Shown: one piece after another, positions 26,271 through 34,104 of the stretch | How positions within the stretch are numbered: the stretch's first letter is position 1 | Layout: every line of letters begins with the position of its first letter | From: Elusimicrobiota bacterium | Lineage (GTDB): Bacteria; Elusimicrobiota; Endomicrobiia; CG1-02-37-114; JAHJSO01 | NCBI GenBank assembly: GCA_043826435.1 | Contig: JBDRQF010000050.1 | Location: forward strand, 1-34,104 | Direction of reading: 5' to 3' | DNA length: 34,104 nt | The notes under the pieces: model-generated | Database searches by the model: none | The model's input: the letters and a program-made list of their open reading frames with translations, nothing else | Told to the model about the DNA's origin: nothing | Translations under genes and position numbers: made by a program

Positions 26271-28706
26271 CTAACCCAGAGCGATTTTTAAGACATCGTC
26301 CATGTGCTTGACAGTAACGAGTTTTATGCTCTTCTGTATCTTTTGCGGTATTTCCTTCAAATCCTTCCTGTTTGATTCGGGGAATATAACCGTCTTTATG
26401 TTTTCTCCGTAAGCGGCAATAAGTTTTTCCTTCAGTCCCCCTATCGGCAGGACCCTTCCCCTCAGCGTAATTTCACCCGTCATCGCTATGTCCTTTTTTA
26501 CGGGCCTGTTTGAAACGGCGCTTGCCAGCGCGGTCGCCATGGCTATTCCTGCCGACGGCCCGTCCTTGGGTATGGCTCCTTCCGGAATGTGAATGTGGAA
26601 GTCCTTGTTCTTGAAAAAGTCATTCTTCACTTTGTATTTATGGGATATGGACCGGATATAAGACATCGCCGCCTGGGCGCTCTCCTGCATTACCTCGCCC
26701 AATTTTCCCGTGAGGATGTATTTCCCCTTACCATTCATCATCATAACCTCAATTGTCAGGGTTTCGCCTCCGTGCTCGGTCCATGCGAGCCCCGTTGAGA
26801 CACCGACATCGTTGGGCGATACCTTTTCTCTGAGGAATTCCGGTATGCCCAGGTATTTCCCTGTGTTTTTCTTTGTAATTGCAATCGTTTTTTTCTTCTC
26901 GTCCATCGCGAGTTCTTTTGCCGCTTTCCGGCAGACGTTTGCAATTTCGCGATCCAGGTTCCTTACGCCCGCCTCCCTTGTATAGTTCCGGATAATTTCC
27001 TCTATTGAATCCTTTGTGAAACTTACTGTTGTTCCGTTGGGGCCGCCGTTCTTGTTGTTTTTGCTTTCTGCGTTGTGGTCGCTGTTCTTGTTGTTTTTGC
27101 TTTCTGCGTTGTGGCCGCCGTTCTTTGTTTCTTTTACTTCCTTTATGAACCCGTGTTCTTTTAATTGTTTAGGTATAAGATACTTCTCGGCGATTTTTAT
27201 TTTTTCGTCAATGGTATATCCCGGGAACCTCAGTATTTCAAGACGATCGACGAGCGAGGGGGGGATTGAAAACAGCGTGTTCGCAGTCGTTATGAACATT
27301 ACAGAAGACAGGTCAAACTCAACGTCCATGTAGTGGTCAACAAAACTGAAGTTTTGTTCGGGGTCAAGCACCTCAAGGAGAGCGGCCGAAGGATCGCCGC
27401 GCCAGTCGCTGCCCATCTTGTCTATTTCGTCCAGCAGGAAAACGGGGTTCTTGAACTTCGCCTTCCGCATCCACTGCAATATCCTTCCGGGCAGCGAGCC
27501 GATGTAAGTTCTCCTGTGGCCCCTTATTTCCGCCTCGTCCCGCACACCGCCCAGCGAAGCGCGGACAAAATTTCTTCCAAGCGCGCGTGCCACTGATTTT
27601 GCAATAGACGTCTTCCCTACGCCGGGGGGGCCTACAAAGCATAATATCGGTCCCTTGATTTTTTTTACCCGGCTGAGTACCGCAAGGTATTCCAGCACCC
27701 GCTCCTTGACCTTTTGCAGCCCGTAGTGGTCCTCGTCAAGAATCTTTTCAGCCCTTTTAATGTCAAAGTTGTCAGGTGTGGTTGCAGACCACGGCAGGGT
27801 TATAAGCCAGTCAAGATATGTCCGTATTACCGTCGCTTCCGGGGAAAAAGGCATCATCTTTTCAAGCCGCATCAGTTCTTTGTCGGCAACCTCCTGCGCC
27901 TCTTTTGACATCTTCGCCTGTTTTATTTTCTGGCGGACTTCGTCTATTTCTTTGGCGAAATCGTCTTTCTGCCGCAGTTCTTTCTGAATTGCCTTCATCT
28001 GTTCGGTCAGGTAGTACTCTTTCTGCGTCTTTTCAATCTGAGTCCTCACCCTCGTCTGGATCTTGCGTTCAATGTTTAATATGTCAATCTCGCGGTTCAG
28101 TATTTCAATAAGTTTTTCAAGACGTTTCCTGACGGCCGTAATCTCAAGCAGGGAAAGTTTTTCCTGGATTTTTATTACCAGGTGAGAAGAGATTGTGTCG
28201 CACAGTTTCCCGGTGTCTTCTATGTTTTTTATGGCGGGGGCGATGTCAATGGGAAGCCGCTGGTTAAATTTTACGTATTGTTCAAAGAGGTCCGTCGCTT
28301 CACGTCTCATCGCCTCAATTTCATGCCCGGCCAGTTGCTCTTCGGCAAGCGGCTGCGCCGTTACCTCAACATAACCCTTGTCGGTTATGTAGGTGTATTC
28401 AAGAAGGCGCGCCCGTTTTATGCCTTCAATAAGGACTTTAAGCGTCCCATCGGTTGTTTTAATCATCTGGAGGAGTTCGCCGATTATTCCGATTTCGTAC
28501 AAATCGTCTTTTTGCGGGTCCTCCATCTGGACCTTTTTCTGTGTCGCTATAAAAATAATCCTGTCCGCCGCCATTGCCGACTCAAGCGCCTTTATGGATT
28601 TTTCCCTGCCGATTGAAAGGGGTATTATCATCGACGGGAAAATCACAATGTCTCTGACGGGCAAAAGCGGTTTCTTAACGGGGGCTTCAAAGTTTTTCTG
28701 GTTCAT
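26271..28706 (-). CDS. lon: ATP-dependent protease La
   Basis: [31 protein letters not shown]. Confidence 0.98.
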   Translation of the reverse strand: MNQKNFEAPVKKPLLPVRDIVIFPSMIIPLSIGREKSIKALESAMAADRIIFIATQKKVQMEDPQKDDLYEIGIIGELLQMIKTTDGTLKVLIEGIKRARLLEYTYITDKGYVEVTAQPLAEEQLAGHEIEAMRREATDLFEQYVKFNQRLPIDIAPAIKNIEDTGKLCDTISSHLVIKIQEKLSLLEITAVRKRLEKLIEILNREIDILNIERKIQTRVRTQIEKTQKEYYLTEQMKAIQKELRQKDDFAKEIDEVRQKIKQAKMSKEAQEVADKELMRLEKMMPFSPEATVIRTYLDWLITLPWSATTPDNFDIKRAEKILDEDHYGLQKVKERVLEYLAVLSRVKKIKGPILCFVGPPGVGKTSIAKSVARALGRNFVRASLGGVRDEAEIRGHRRTYIGSLPGRILQWMRKAKFKNPVFLLDEIDKMGSDWRGDPSAALLEVLDPEQNFSFVDHYMDVEFDLSSVMFITTANTLFSIPPSLVDRLEILRFPGYTIDEKIKIAEKYLIPKQLKEHGFIKEVKETKNGGHNAESKNNKNSDHNAESKNNKNGGPNGTTVSFTKDSIEEIIRNYTREAGVRNLDREIANVCRKAAKELAMDEKKKTIAITKKNTGKYLGIPEFLREKVSPNDVGVSTGLAWTEHGGETLTIEVMMMNGKGKYILTGKLGEVMQESAQAAMSYIRSISHKYKVKNDFFKNKDFHIHIPEGAIPKDGPSAGIAMATALASAVSNRPVKKDIAMTGEITLRGRVLPIGGLKEKLIAAYGENIKTVIFPESNRKDLKEIPQKIQKSIKLVTVKHMDDVLKIALG
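27035..27125. repeat. 36-bp tandem repeat (~2.5 copies) in lon
   Basis: gttctt at 27048, 27084 and 27120; encodes [24 protein letters not shown]. Confidence 0.9.
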
Positions 28707-28801
28707 ACAATCCTTTCCTCAGCGCGCGTTAGCATCATTAGTCCATTCCTAATCCTTTTTCATAAGTTAGCCAAAACGATTAATAAAAGATACCTGTTGG
28801 T

Positions 28802-30037
28802 TTATGCAATTTTTGCCTCATTCCTGTGGATGAGCAGGGGCGGCTGTATTCCCCGTATTACATTCTCGTCAATTACGCACCGGGCAAGATTATTTTGTTC
28901 AGGCAGTTCGTACATAAGGTCAAGCATGGTTCCTTCAATTATTGAACGCAGTCCCCGTGCCCCGCTGCCCCTGAACAGGGCCATGTCCGCCACGGTTTCA
29001 ATTGCTTTATCGGTGAATGTAAGTCCGACGCCTTCCAATTCAAATAGCTTCTTATACTGCCGGACAAGTGAATTTTTTGGCTGGGTGAGGACTTTTACCA
29101 GGTCATCTTTTGTAAGGGCGGACACGGTTGCAATCACAGGCAGACGGCCCACAAACTCAGGGATAAGTCCGTATTTTATCAGGTCTTCCGGTTGGACCTG
29201 CCGGACGGACTCATTCAGGTTCGTAGCATTCCTGGATATGATGTCCGCCCCGAAACCACTAGTTCTTGTGTATAACCTTGACTGTATTATTTTGTCAAGC
29301 CCCTCAAAAGTCCCGGCGACTATAAAGAGTATGTTTCTTGTATCCAGCCGGATGAACTCCTGGTGAGGGTGTTTCCTGCCGCCCTCAGGCGGGACGTTCG
29401 CTACGGTCCCCTCAATAATTTTCAAAAGCGCCTGCTGCACCCCCTCGCCCGAAACGTCCCTTGTTATTGAGGGGGAATCGCCCTTGCGGGAGATTTTATC
29501 AATCTCGTCTATGTAAATTATACCCCGTTCGGCCCGCTCAATGTTAAAGCCGGAGTTCTGCAGGAGACGCAGGAGAATGTTTTCAACGTCCTCGCCCACG
29601 TAACCCGCCTCGGTCAGCGAGGTCGCGTCCGCAATTGCGAAAGGCACGTCCAGAAAATTCGCCAGCGTCTGGGCAAGGAGCGTTTTGCCTGTCCCCGTTG
29701 GGCCTATGAGCAGAACGTTGGATTTCTGAATTTCAACATCGCGGGAAAATATTCTCTTGTAGTGATTATAAACCGCTACAGCCAGAGTTTTCTTCGCCTG
29801 TTCCTGGCCGATGACATACTGGTCAAGTATGTTCTTGATTTCTTTCGGTTTAGCCAGGTTTTTAACGTTGCGTTTTTGAGTTTCCTTTTCAATTTTTGTC
29901 AACAGTTCGCAGGAATGAAAAACGCATTTCTCGCACACGTATATCCCGTTTAACCCGACCAGACGGGAGGCGCCCGTCCTGACTGTCTCGCAGAATATGC
30001 ACTTGTAAGGCCCTTTTGCTTCACTCAGGTTGTTCAT
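28802..30037 (-). CDS. clpX: ATP-dependent Clp protease ATPase ClpX
   Basis: C4 Zn domain, [42 protein letters not shown]. Confidence 0.97.
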   Translation of the reverse strand: MNNLSEAKGPYKCIFCETVRTGASRLVGLNGIYVCEKCVFHSCELLTKIEKETQKRNVKNLAKPKEIKNILDQYVIGQEQAKKTLAVAVYNHYKRIFSRDVEIQKSNVLLIGPTGTGKTLLAQTLANFLDVPFAIADATSLTEAGYVGEDVENILLRLLQNSGFNIERAERGIIYIDEIDKISRKGDSPSITRDVSGEGVQQALLKIIEGTVANVPPEGGRKHPHQEFIRLDTRNILFIVAGTFEGLDKIIQSRLYTRTSGFGADIISRNATNLNESVRQVQPEDLIKYGLIPEFVGRLPVIATVSALTKDDLVKVLTQPKNSLVRQYKKLFELEGVGLTFTDKAIETVADMALFRGSGARGLRSIIEGTMLDLMYELPEQNNLARCVIDENVIRGIQPPLLIHRNEAKIA

Positions 30038-30051
30038 TTACCACCGGTATC

Positions 30052-30663
30052 CTACTGTTTCTTGGACAAAACTATGTCGTCAATAATACCGTATTTCTTC
30101 GCGTCTTCAGCCGACATGTAAAAGTTGCGTTCAGAATCATTTTTTATTTTTTCAATTGACTGTCCCGTGTGTTTTGCAAGGATTTCTATAAGTTTATTTT
30201 TTGTGTTCACGAGTTCTTTGGCCTCTATGTCTATGTCGGTAACCGGGCCGGTAATGCCGTCACCTGCTACGAGCGGCTGGTGAATCATAACCCTTGCATG
30301 AGGCAGTGCGAACCTCTTGCCCTTTGTGCCTGCAGCCAGGAGCAATGCGCCGAAACTCATCGCCATCCCGATACACACAGTCATAATGGGGGATTTTATG
30401 TACTGCATCGTGTCATAAACCGCCAAACCGGCGCTTACCATACCGCCCGGAGAGTTAATGTAGAGAAATATCTCTTTGTCCGGGTCATCTGCCTCAAGGT
30501 ACAGTAGTTGGGCTATAATCAGATCCGCCGAGTCGGTCGTTACCGCCCCGCCGTATCCGCCCACGAATATTATCCTGTCTTTCAGCAGGCGGGAAAATAT
30601 GTCATACCCGACTGCTCCACCCTGGTTCCACCGCTCAATGATTGTTGGAATAATGGTCGGCAT
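30052..30663 (-). CDS. clpP: Clp protease proteolytic subunit
   Basis: DIFSRLL, YINSPGG, GMAMSFG, MIHQP, YGIID. Confidence 0.97.
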   Translation of the reverse strand: MPTIIPTIIERWNQGGAVGYDIFSRLLKDRIIFVGGYGGAVTTDSADLIIAQLLYLEADDPDKEIFLYINSPGGMVSAGLAVYDTMQYIKSPIMTVCIGMAMSFGALLLAAGTKGKRFALPHARVMIHQPLVAGDGITGPVTDIDIEAKELVNTKNKLIEILAKHTGQSIEKIKNDSERNFYMSAEDAKKYGIIDDIVLSKKQ

Positions 30664-30681
30664 TTTTTTACCCCCCGATTG

Positions 30682-31983
30682 TCAACGAGAGACCTCTTTT
30701 GTCGTTGTTTTTGAATTGTCCAGTATGAACTTCAGTATTTTACCAATTTTTATATGAGAAATCAACTGCCTGACCAAAGCATCTTCTTTTTTGCCCGGGG
30801 TTGCTTTTAAGTCCGGGTTCGCTTTTAACAGGTTTTCCGCTGTCTGTTTTATTTCGGATTCTTCAACGGTTATATTCTCCTGTTCAGCGATGGAATTCAG
30901 GATGGACATAAGTTTCAGGGATTCCTTCGCTTCCGACTGCGCGGATTTCCTTATCGCCTCTTTCTGTTTTTCAATGGCGTCCGCCCCCGCGCCCCTGCTT
31001 TTTAACCGTTTGACCGTTTCTTCTACGAGACGCTCCTCCTCATCGTTAACCAGAGATTCAGGCAGTTCAACGGGGTTTGCTTTCAGCAATTCAGAGGCGA
31101 CCTGTTGTTCAAAAAGTTTTTCCGCTGTCTCCGACGCGTATTTTTCAAGCGACTGTTTTATTTTTTCTCTCAGTTCGGCAATGTCTTTACAGGACATATC
31201 CCTGGCGAATTCATCGTTCAGTTCAGGCATGGCCTTTTCCTTTATTTCTTTAATTTTTGTTTTTATAACGATTGGTTTCTTTGCATATCTGTCGTCGGGA
31301 TAGTTATCAGGCAGCACTGTTTTGATTTCCCTGTTTTCATTAACCCGTGAACCCAGCAGCCCTTCAACGAGACCCGGGAGAATGTGTTTTTGTGACAGGT
31401 CCACCATCTGGTTGACGGCCTTTAAAGCGGTTAATTCGTTGCCATTTGACCACACGGTGTAGTCAATGACTACATAACTGTTGGCGTTTGCAATACCGGA
31501 TTTGGATTCGGTCAGGATGGCGTTGCTTTTCCTGAGTTCCTCAAGGGCGAGTTCAATATCCTTGTCTGTGATTTTTTTAATCTCTTTCCGGAGTTTTAAT
31601 CCCTTGTAGTTCTTTGCTTTAAACGGCGGAGTGAATTCCAGGATGACGGTGCAGGTAAACGCCTTGTTGAAATCAAAATTCATTTCCTTTATTGTGAACG
31701 GGGTGATGTATTTTATATTGTCATGCTCAATGTGCGGGTATAGTATTTTTGAAATGAGCCCGGAGGGTGTTTTTTCGCGGGCTATATCCTGGAAATGTTT
31801 CTTAACCAGGTCAAGGGGCATTTTACCCGGCCTGAACCCGGGCAATTTTGCATCTTTCTGCAATTCGGCGTAAATCATTTCCGTCTCCGCTATGACCTCA
31901 TCCTGCGGTACTTCAAAACTTATTTCCTTTTTTGTCGTTCCGGTGTTTTGTGTCCTGATTTTGTATTTCTGCGTCGTTTCCAT
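30682..31983 (-). CDS. tig: trigger factor
   Basis: LPGFRPGK.P ribosome-binding motif, FKBP-like middle, PELNDEFA; canonical tig-clpP-clpX-lon order. Confidence 0.93.
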   Translation of the reverse strand: METTQKYKIRTQNTGTTKKEISFEVPQDEVIAETEMIYAELQKDAKLPGFRPGKMPLDLVKKHFQDIAREKTPSGLISKILYPHIEHDNIKYITPFTIKEMNFDFNKAFTCTVILEFTPPFKAKNYKGLKLRKEIKKITDKDIELALEELRKSNAILTESKSGIANANSYVVIDYTVWSNGNELTALKAVNQMVDLSQKHILPGLVEGLLGSRVNENREIKTVLPDNYPDDRYAKKPIVIKTKIKEIKEKAMPELNDEFARDMSCKDIAELREKIKQSLEKYASETAEKLFEQQVASELLKANPVELPESLVNDEEERLVEETVKRLKSRGAGADAIEKQKEAIRKSAQSEAKESLKLMSILNSIAEQENITVEESEIKQTAENLLKANPDLKATPGKKEDALVRQLISHIKIGKILKFILDNSKTTTKEVSR

Positions 31984-32060
31984 GGTTTTCCTGTCCTTTC
32001 CTGAGTCACTGTATTTTTGGTCTTCCGGTGAGTTACCGGTCTAACGGTTAAAATGTTTTA

Positions 32061-32306
32061 TGGGCGAGCATTACTTTGCTTGCAGCAAAACCTTACTGTA
32101 ATGTATTGAGTTCACTCGCCCGCGCCTTTTCCTTTTGTTTTGTGGGCGAGCATTACCTTGCTTGTAGCAAAACCTTATTGCAATGTATTGAGTTCACTCG
32201 CCCACGCCTTTTCCTTTTGTTTTGTGGGCGAGCATTACCTTGCTTGTAGCAAAACCTTATTGCAATGTATTGAGTTCACTCGCCCACGCCTTTTCCTTTT
32301 GTTTTG
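32061..32306 (-). repeat. tandem array of three 82-bp tRNA-Leu acceptor-stem-mimicking units
   Basis: Units start at 32061, 32143 and 32225, and the tRNA 3' end at 32307 is in the same register. Units at 32143 and 32225 are identical; the unit at 32061 differs at 5 positions. Confidence 0.95.
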
Positions 32307-32389
32307 TGGGCGAGAGAGGATTTGAACCTCCATGAGTTGAACTCATACGGTCCTAAGCCGTACGCGTCTGCCAGTTCCGCCACTCGCCC
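32307..32389 (-). tRNA. tRNA-Leu(UAG)
   Basis: GGGCGAG/CTCGCCC-A, TACGG-CTTAGGA-CCGTA, long variable arm, GTTCAAATCC; no CCA. Confidence 0.97.
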
Positions 32390-32469
32390 ATGTGTGTATG
32401 CCTTTCCGTGCCGGGCAATAGTTGTTCCCGGTATATGGCGGGCGTCAACAATTTTTATATCCAAAAAAC

Positions 32470-32498
32470 ATTATACAAAAATTTATTGATAAATGCAA
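32470..32498 (-). promoter_or_regulatory. putative sigma70 promoter for tRNA-Leu/array/tig
   Basis: TTGCAT-17 bp-TATAAT on the minus strand. Confidence 0.65.
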
Positions 32499-32520
32499 AT
32501 CCAAACATGCAAATCTAAAC

Positions 32521-32550
32521 TTGATTTTTCAGATTAAATTATTATATAAT
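32521..32550 (+). promoter_or_regulatory. putative divergent sigma70 promoter
   Basis: TTGATT-18 bp-TATAAT. Confidence 0.5.
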
Positions 32551-32659
32551 TAGAGGCAGTCGGTGTAAGTTTGCGAAACAAACAATAGTCATCCGATTCT
32601 AAAAAATACGGCTTTTTCAGAAGGCCGGGTTTCCGCTTGCTCCGGCAGAGTTTTTTAAT

Positions 32660-33304
32660 ATGGCGAAACAATCCGAGATTAACTTTTTTGAAAGAATCCT
32701 GAAGTTCAACAGCCGGCTTGATATGCTGCTTTCATTCCTTTCCTCAACCTCTGATTTTACTTACAGGGAAAGGACAAAACTTTCAGGCCCCGGTTTAAAG
32801 GAATTCGGGCTTGACTCGGCGGTAGGCAGGGAATTCGCACTTACAAAATTTATCCCTGAGTTTGAAAACCTGCTTTACAAGTCGTTTATAGTAACCCTGT
32901 TGATTCTGTTTGAAGACGAACTAAACACCTACTGTGATGGAATCAGGGAACAGTTAAATATAGCCGGCAACTGGAACGAAATCGGCGGTACCCCGATGGA
33001 ACGGCTTGTCGCCTATACTACGAGGACAGCCGGGATAAAACTTGCAATTGAGGATGAAATCTGGAAAAAGATTGATTCAATCATCGCCCTCAGGTACTGC
33101 ATACTGAATCTTTCCGGGAGATTAACGAACTATTCGGACGCAAAAAAGATAAGGAATTTTTCAAATTCGGGACACGGGCTGAAAATCCAGGATGAAAAAA
33201 TAGAGGTGTCCGAAGAATTCTGCAGAAATGCGACGCTGATTATAAAGGAATTCGTTGAATCATTGTATAACAGCGCCATATCTTTTGTGAGAAAAGAAAA
33301 GTAG
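32660..33304 (+). CDS. hypothetical helical protein, possibly HEPN-like with degenerate catalytic motif
   Basis: 214-aa ORF. SFIVTL..LFE..L..YC and W.KI.....LRYCILN.SG resemble HEPN-like proteins with W..I...RNxxxH..G; recognised by eye only. Confidence 0.55.
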   Translation: MAKQSEINFFERILKFNSRLDMLLSFLSSTSDFTYRERTKLSGPGLKEFGLDSAVGREFALTKFIPEFENLLYKSFIVTLLILFEDELNTYCDGIREQLNIAGNWNEIGGTPMERLVAYTTRTAGIKLAIEDEIWKKIDSIIALRYCILNLSGRLTNYSDAKKIRNFSNSGHGLKIQDEKIEVSEEFCRNATLIIKEFVESLYNSAISFVRKEK

Positions 33305-33340
33305 TAGCATGAATAACATTACTACGGAGGAGAGAGGGAA

Positions 33341-34104
33341 ATGTCGCAACTCAGACAGAACATCGCAACAAAGGAATGGGTTATTATCGCAACTGAAAGA
33401 GCGAAACGACCTGAGGACTTCTTAAAAAAGGACAAGTCAAAAATTGTCCTTCCGGAATACAGTAAGGACTGTCCTTTTTGTCCCGGTAACGAACATATGT
33501 CGCCCGTGGAGCATTATGCTATAAGAGACAATGCCCCGACAGTTAACGCTGCCGCAGAAAAGGGTGCGGGCAAAAACAAGGGCAACTCGAACACAGGCGC
33601 AATATTTGACACAAGTCATACGAATATACCTGTGAAGTTGCACTGGCGGGTCAGGGTTATACCGAATAAATTCCCTGCACTCATGCCCGAGGGCAAAAAG
33701 GAACTGTATCACCGCGGAATAGTCCGCAATATTACAGGTATTGGCGTCCACGAGGTAATAATTGACACGCCGAAACATAACACCAACCCCGCCCTTTACG
33801 ATGATACCCACATGCTGGACATAATAAATACCTATAAACACCGCTACATTTCGGCCCTGTCTGATGATCGGATAGAAGCCGTAATCATTTTTAAAAACCA
33901 CGGGGATGCAGCCGGCAGGTCGTTGGTACATCCGCATTCACAGGTCGTTGCAACCCCTGTTGTGCCCACCCACATAAGAGACAGAATTGCAGAGGCGATG
34001 CGTTATTACGACGACCACATGGAGTGCGTTTTTTGCAGGATGATAAAAGAGGAGATAGAATCAGGCGAGAGAATAGTTATGGAGTCGGAACATTTTGTCG
34101 TTTT
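33341..34104 (+). CDS. galT: galactose-1-phosphate uridylyltransferase (3'-truncated; absent from ORF track)
   Basis: Manual translation: MSQLRQNIATKEWVIIATERAKRP, CPFCPGNE, WRVRVIPNKFPAL, G.HEVII, FKNHG, HPHSQ at 33929; GGAGG/GAGGG RBS. Confidence 0.95.
   Translation, partial: MSQLRQNIATKEWVIIATERAKRPEDFLKKDKSKIVLPEYSKDCPFCPGNEHMSPVEHYAIRDNAPTVNAAAEKGAGKNKGNSNTGAIFDTSHTNIPVKLHWRVRVIPNKFPALMPEGKKELYHRGIVRNITGIGVHEVIIDTPKHNTNPALYDDTHMLDIINTYKHRYISALSDDRIEAVIIFKNHGDAAGRSLVHPHSQVVATPVVPTHIRDRIAEAMRYYDDHMECVFCRMIKEEIESGERIVMESEHFVV

Noticed and set aside
28797..29366. 189-aa plus-strand ORF and similar antisense ORFs over serA, tig, rmuC, lon and PHP
   Set aside because: Shadows of well-supported genes, with no motifs.
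32061..32306. CRISPR array interpretation of the 82-bp repeats
   Set aside because: Whole units repeat with no unique spacers, and there are no cas genes in the window.
32061..32306. Extra tRNA genes or a prophage att site
   Set aside because: The units lack anticodon and T arms (no GTTC-type T loop on the transcribed strand); no integrase or cargo lies between the copies.
32140..32489. Short ORFs 32140-32325, 32276-32464 and 32304-32489
   Set aside because: They overlap tRNA-Leu and the repeats; no protein signal.
33437..33937. 166-aa minus-strand ORF
   Set aside because: Antisense shadow of galT.

Overview
Bacterial chromosomal window made mostly of housekeeping genes on the minus strand: queC, queD, murI, a cell-wall amidase, a PP-loop tRNA sulfurtransferase-like protein, an HD-GYP/PilZ c-di-GMP phosphodiesterase, a QueG-like Fe-S protein, mnmG, PHP, PIN-PhoH, DJ-1/PfpI, rmuC, a PilG/H/I (Xap)-like ABC module, serA with a class V aminotransferase, and tig-clpP-clpX-lon. 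On the plus strand are a TPR/HEAT protein cut at the window start, cutA, an HEPN-like hypothetical and galT, which is cut at the window end and missing from the ORF track. Five tRNAs are present (Lys-UUU, Glu-UUC, Gly-CCC, Tyr-GUA, Leu-UAG), none with an encoded CCA. The organism is probably a diderm, since an outer-membrane barrel is present; taxonomy cannot be fixed from this window. The most unusual element is an array of three 82-bp units between tRNA-Leu and tig, in exact register with the tRNA. Each unit rebuilds the tRNA-Leu acceptor stem, discriminator and trailer around a non-tRNA hairpin, and the differences between units keep the pairing on the transcribed strand. The array lies divergent from an HEPN-like gene with a degenerate catalytic motif. 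Other oddities are a MITE/REP-like palindrome family (one copy beside a duplicated tRNA-Glu 5' end), palindromic or tandem in-frame insertions in several core enzymes, and a ClpP with Asn in place of the catalytic Asp next to a ClpX with an SGF loop.
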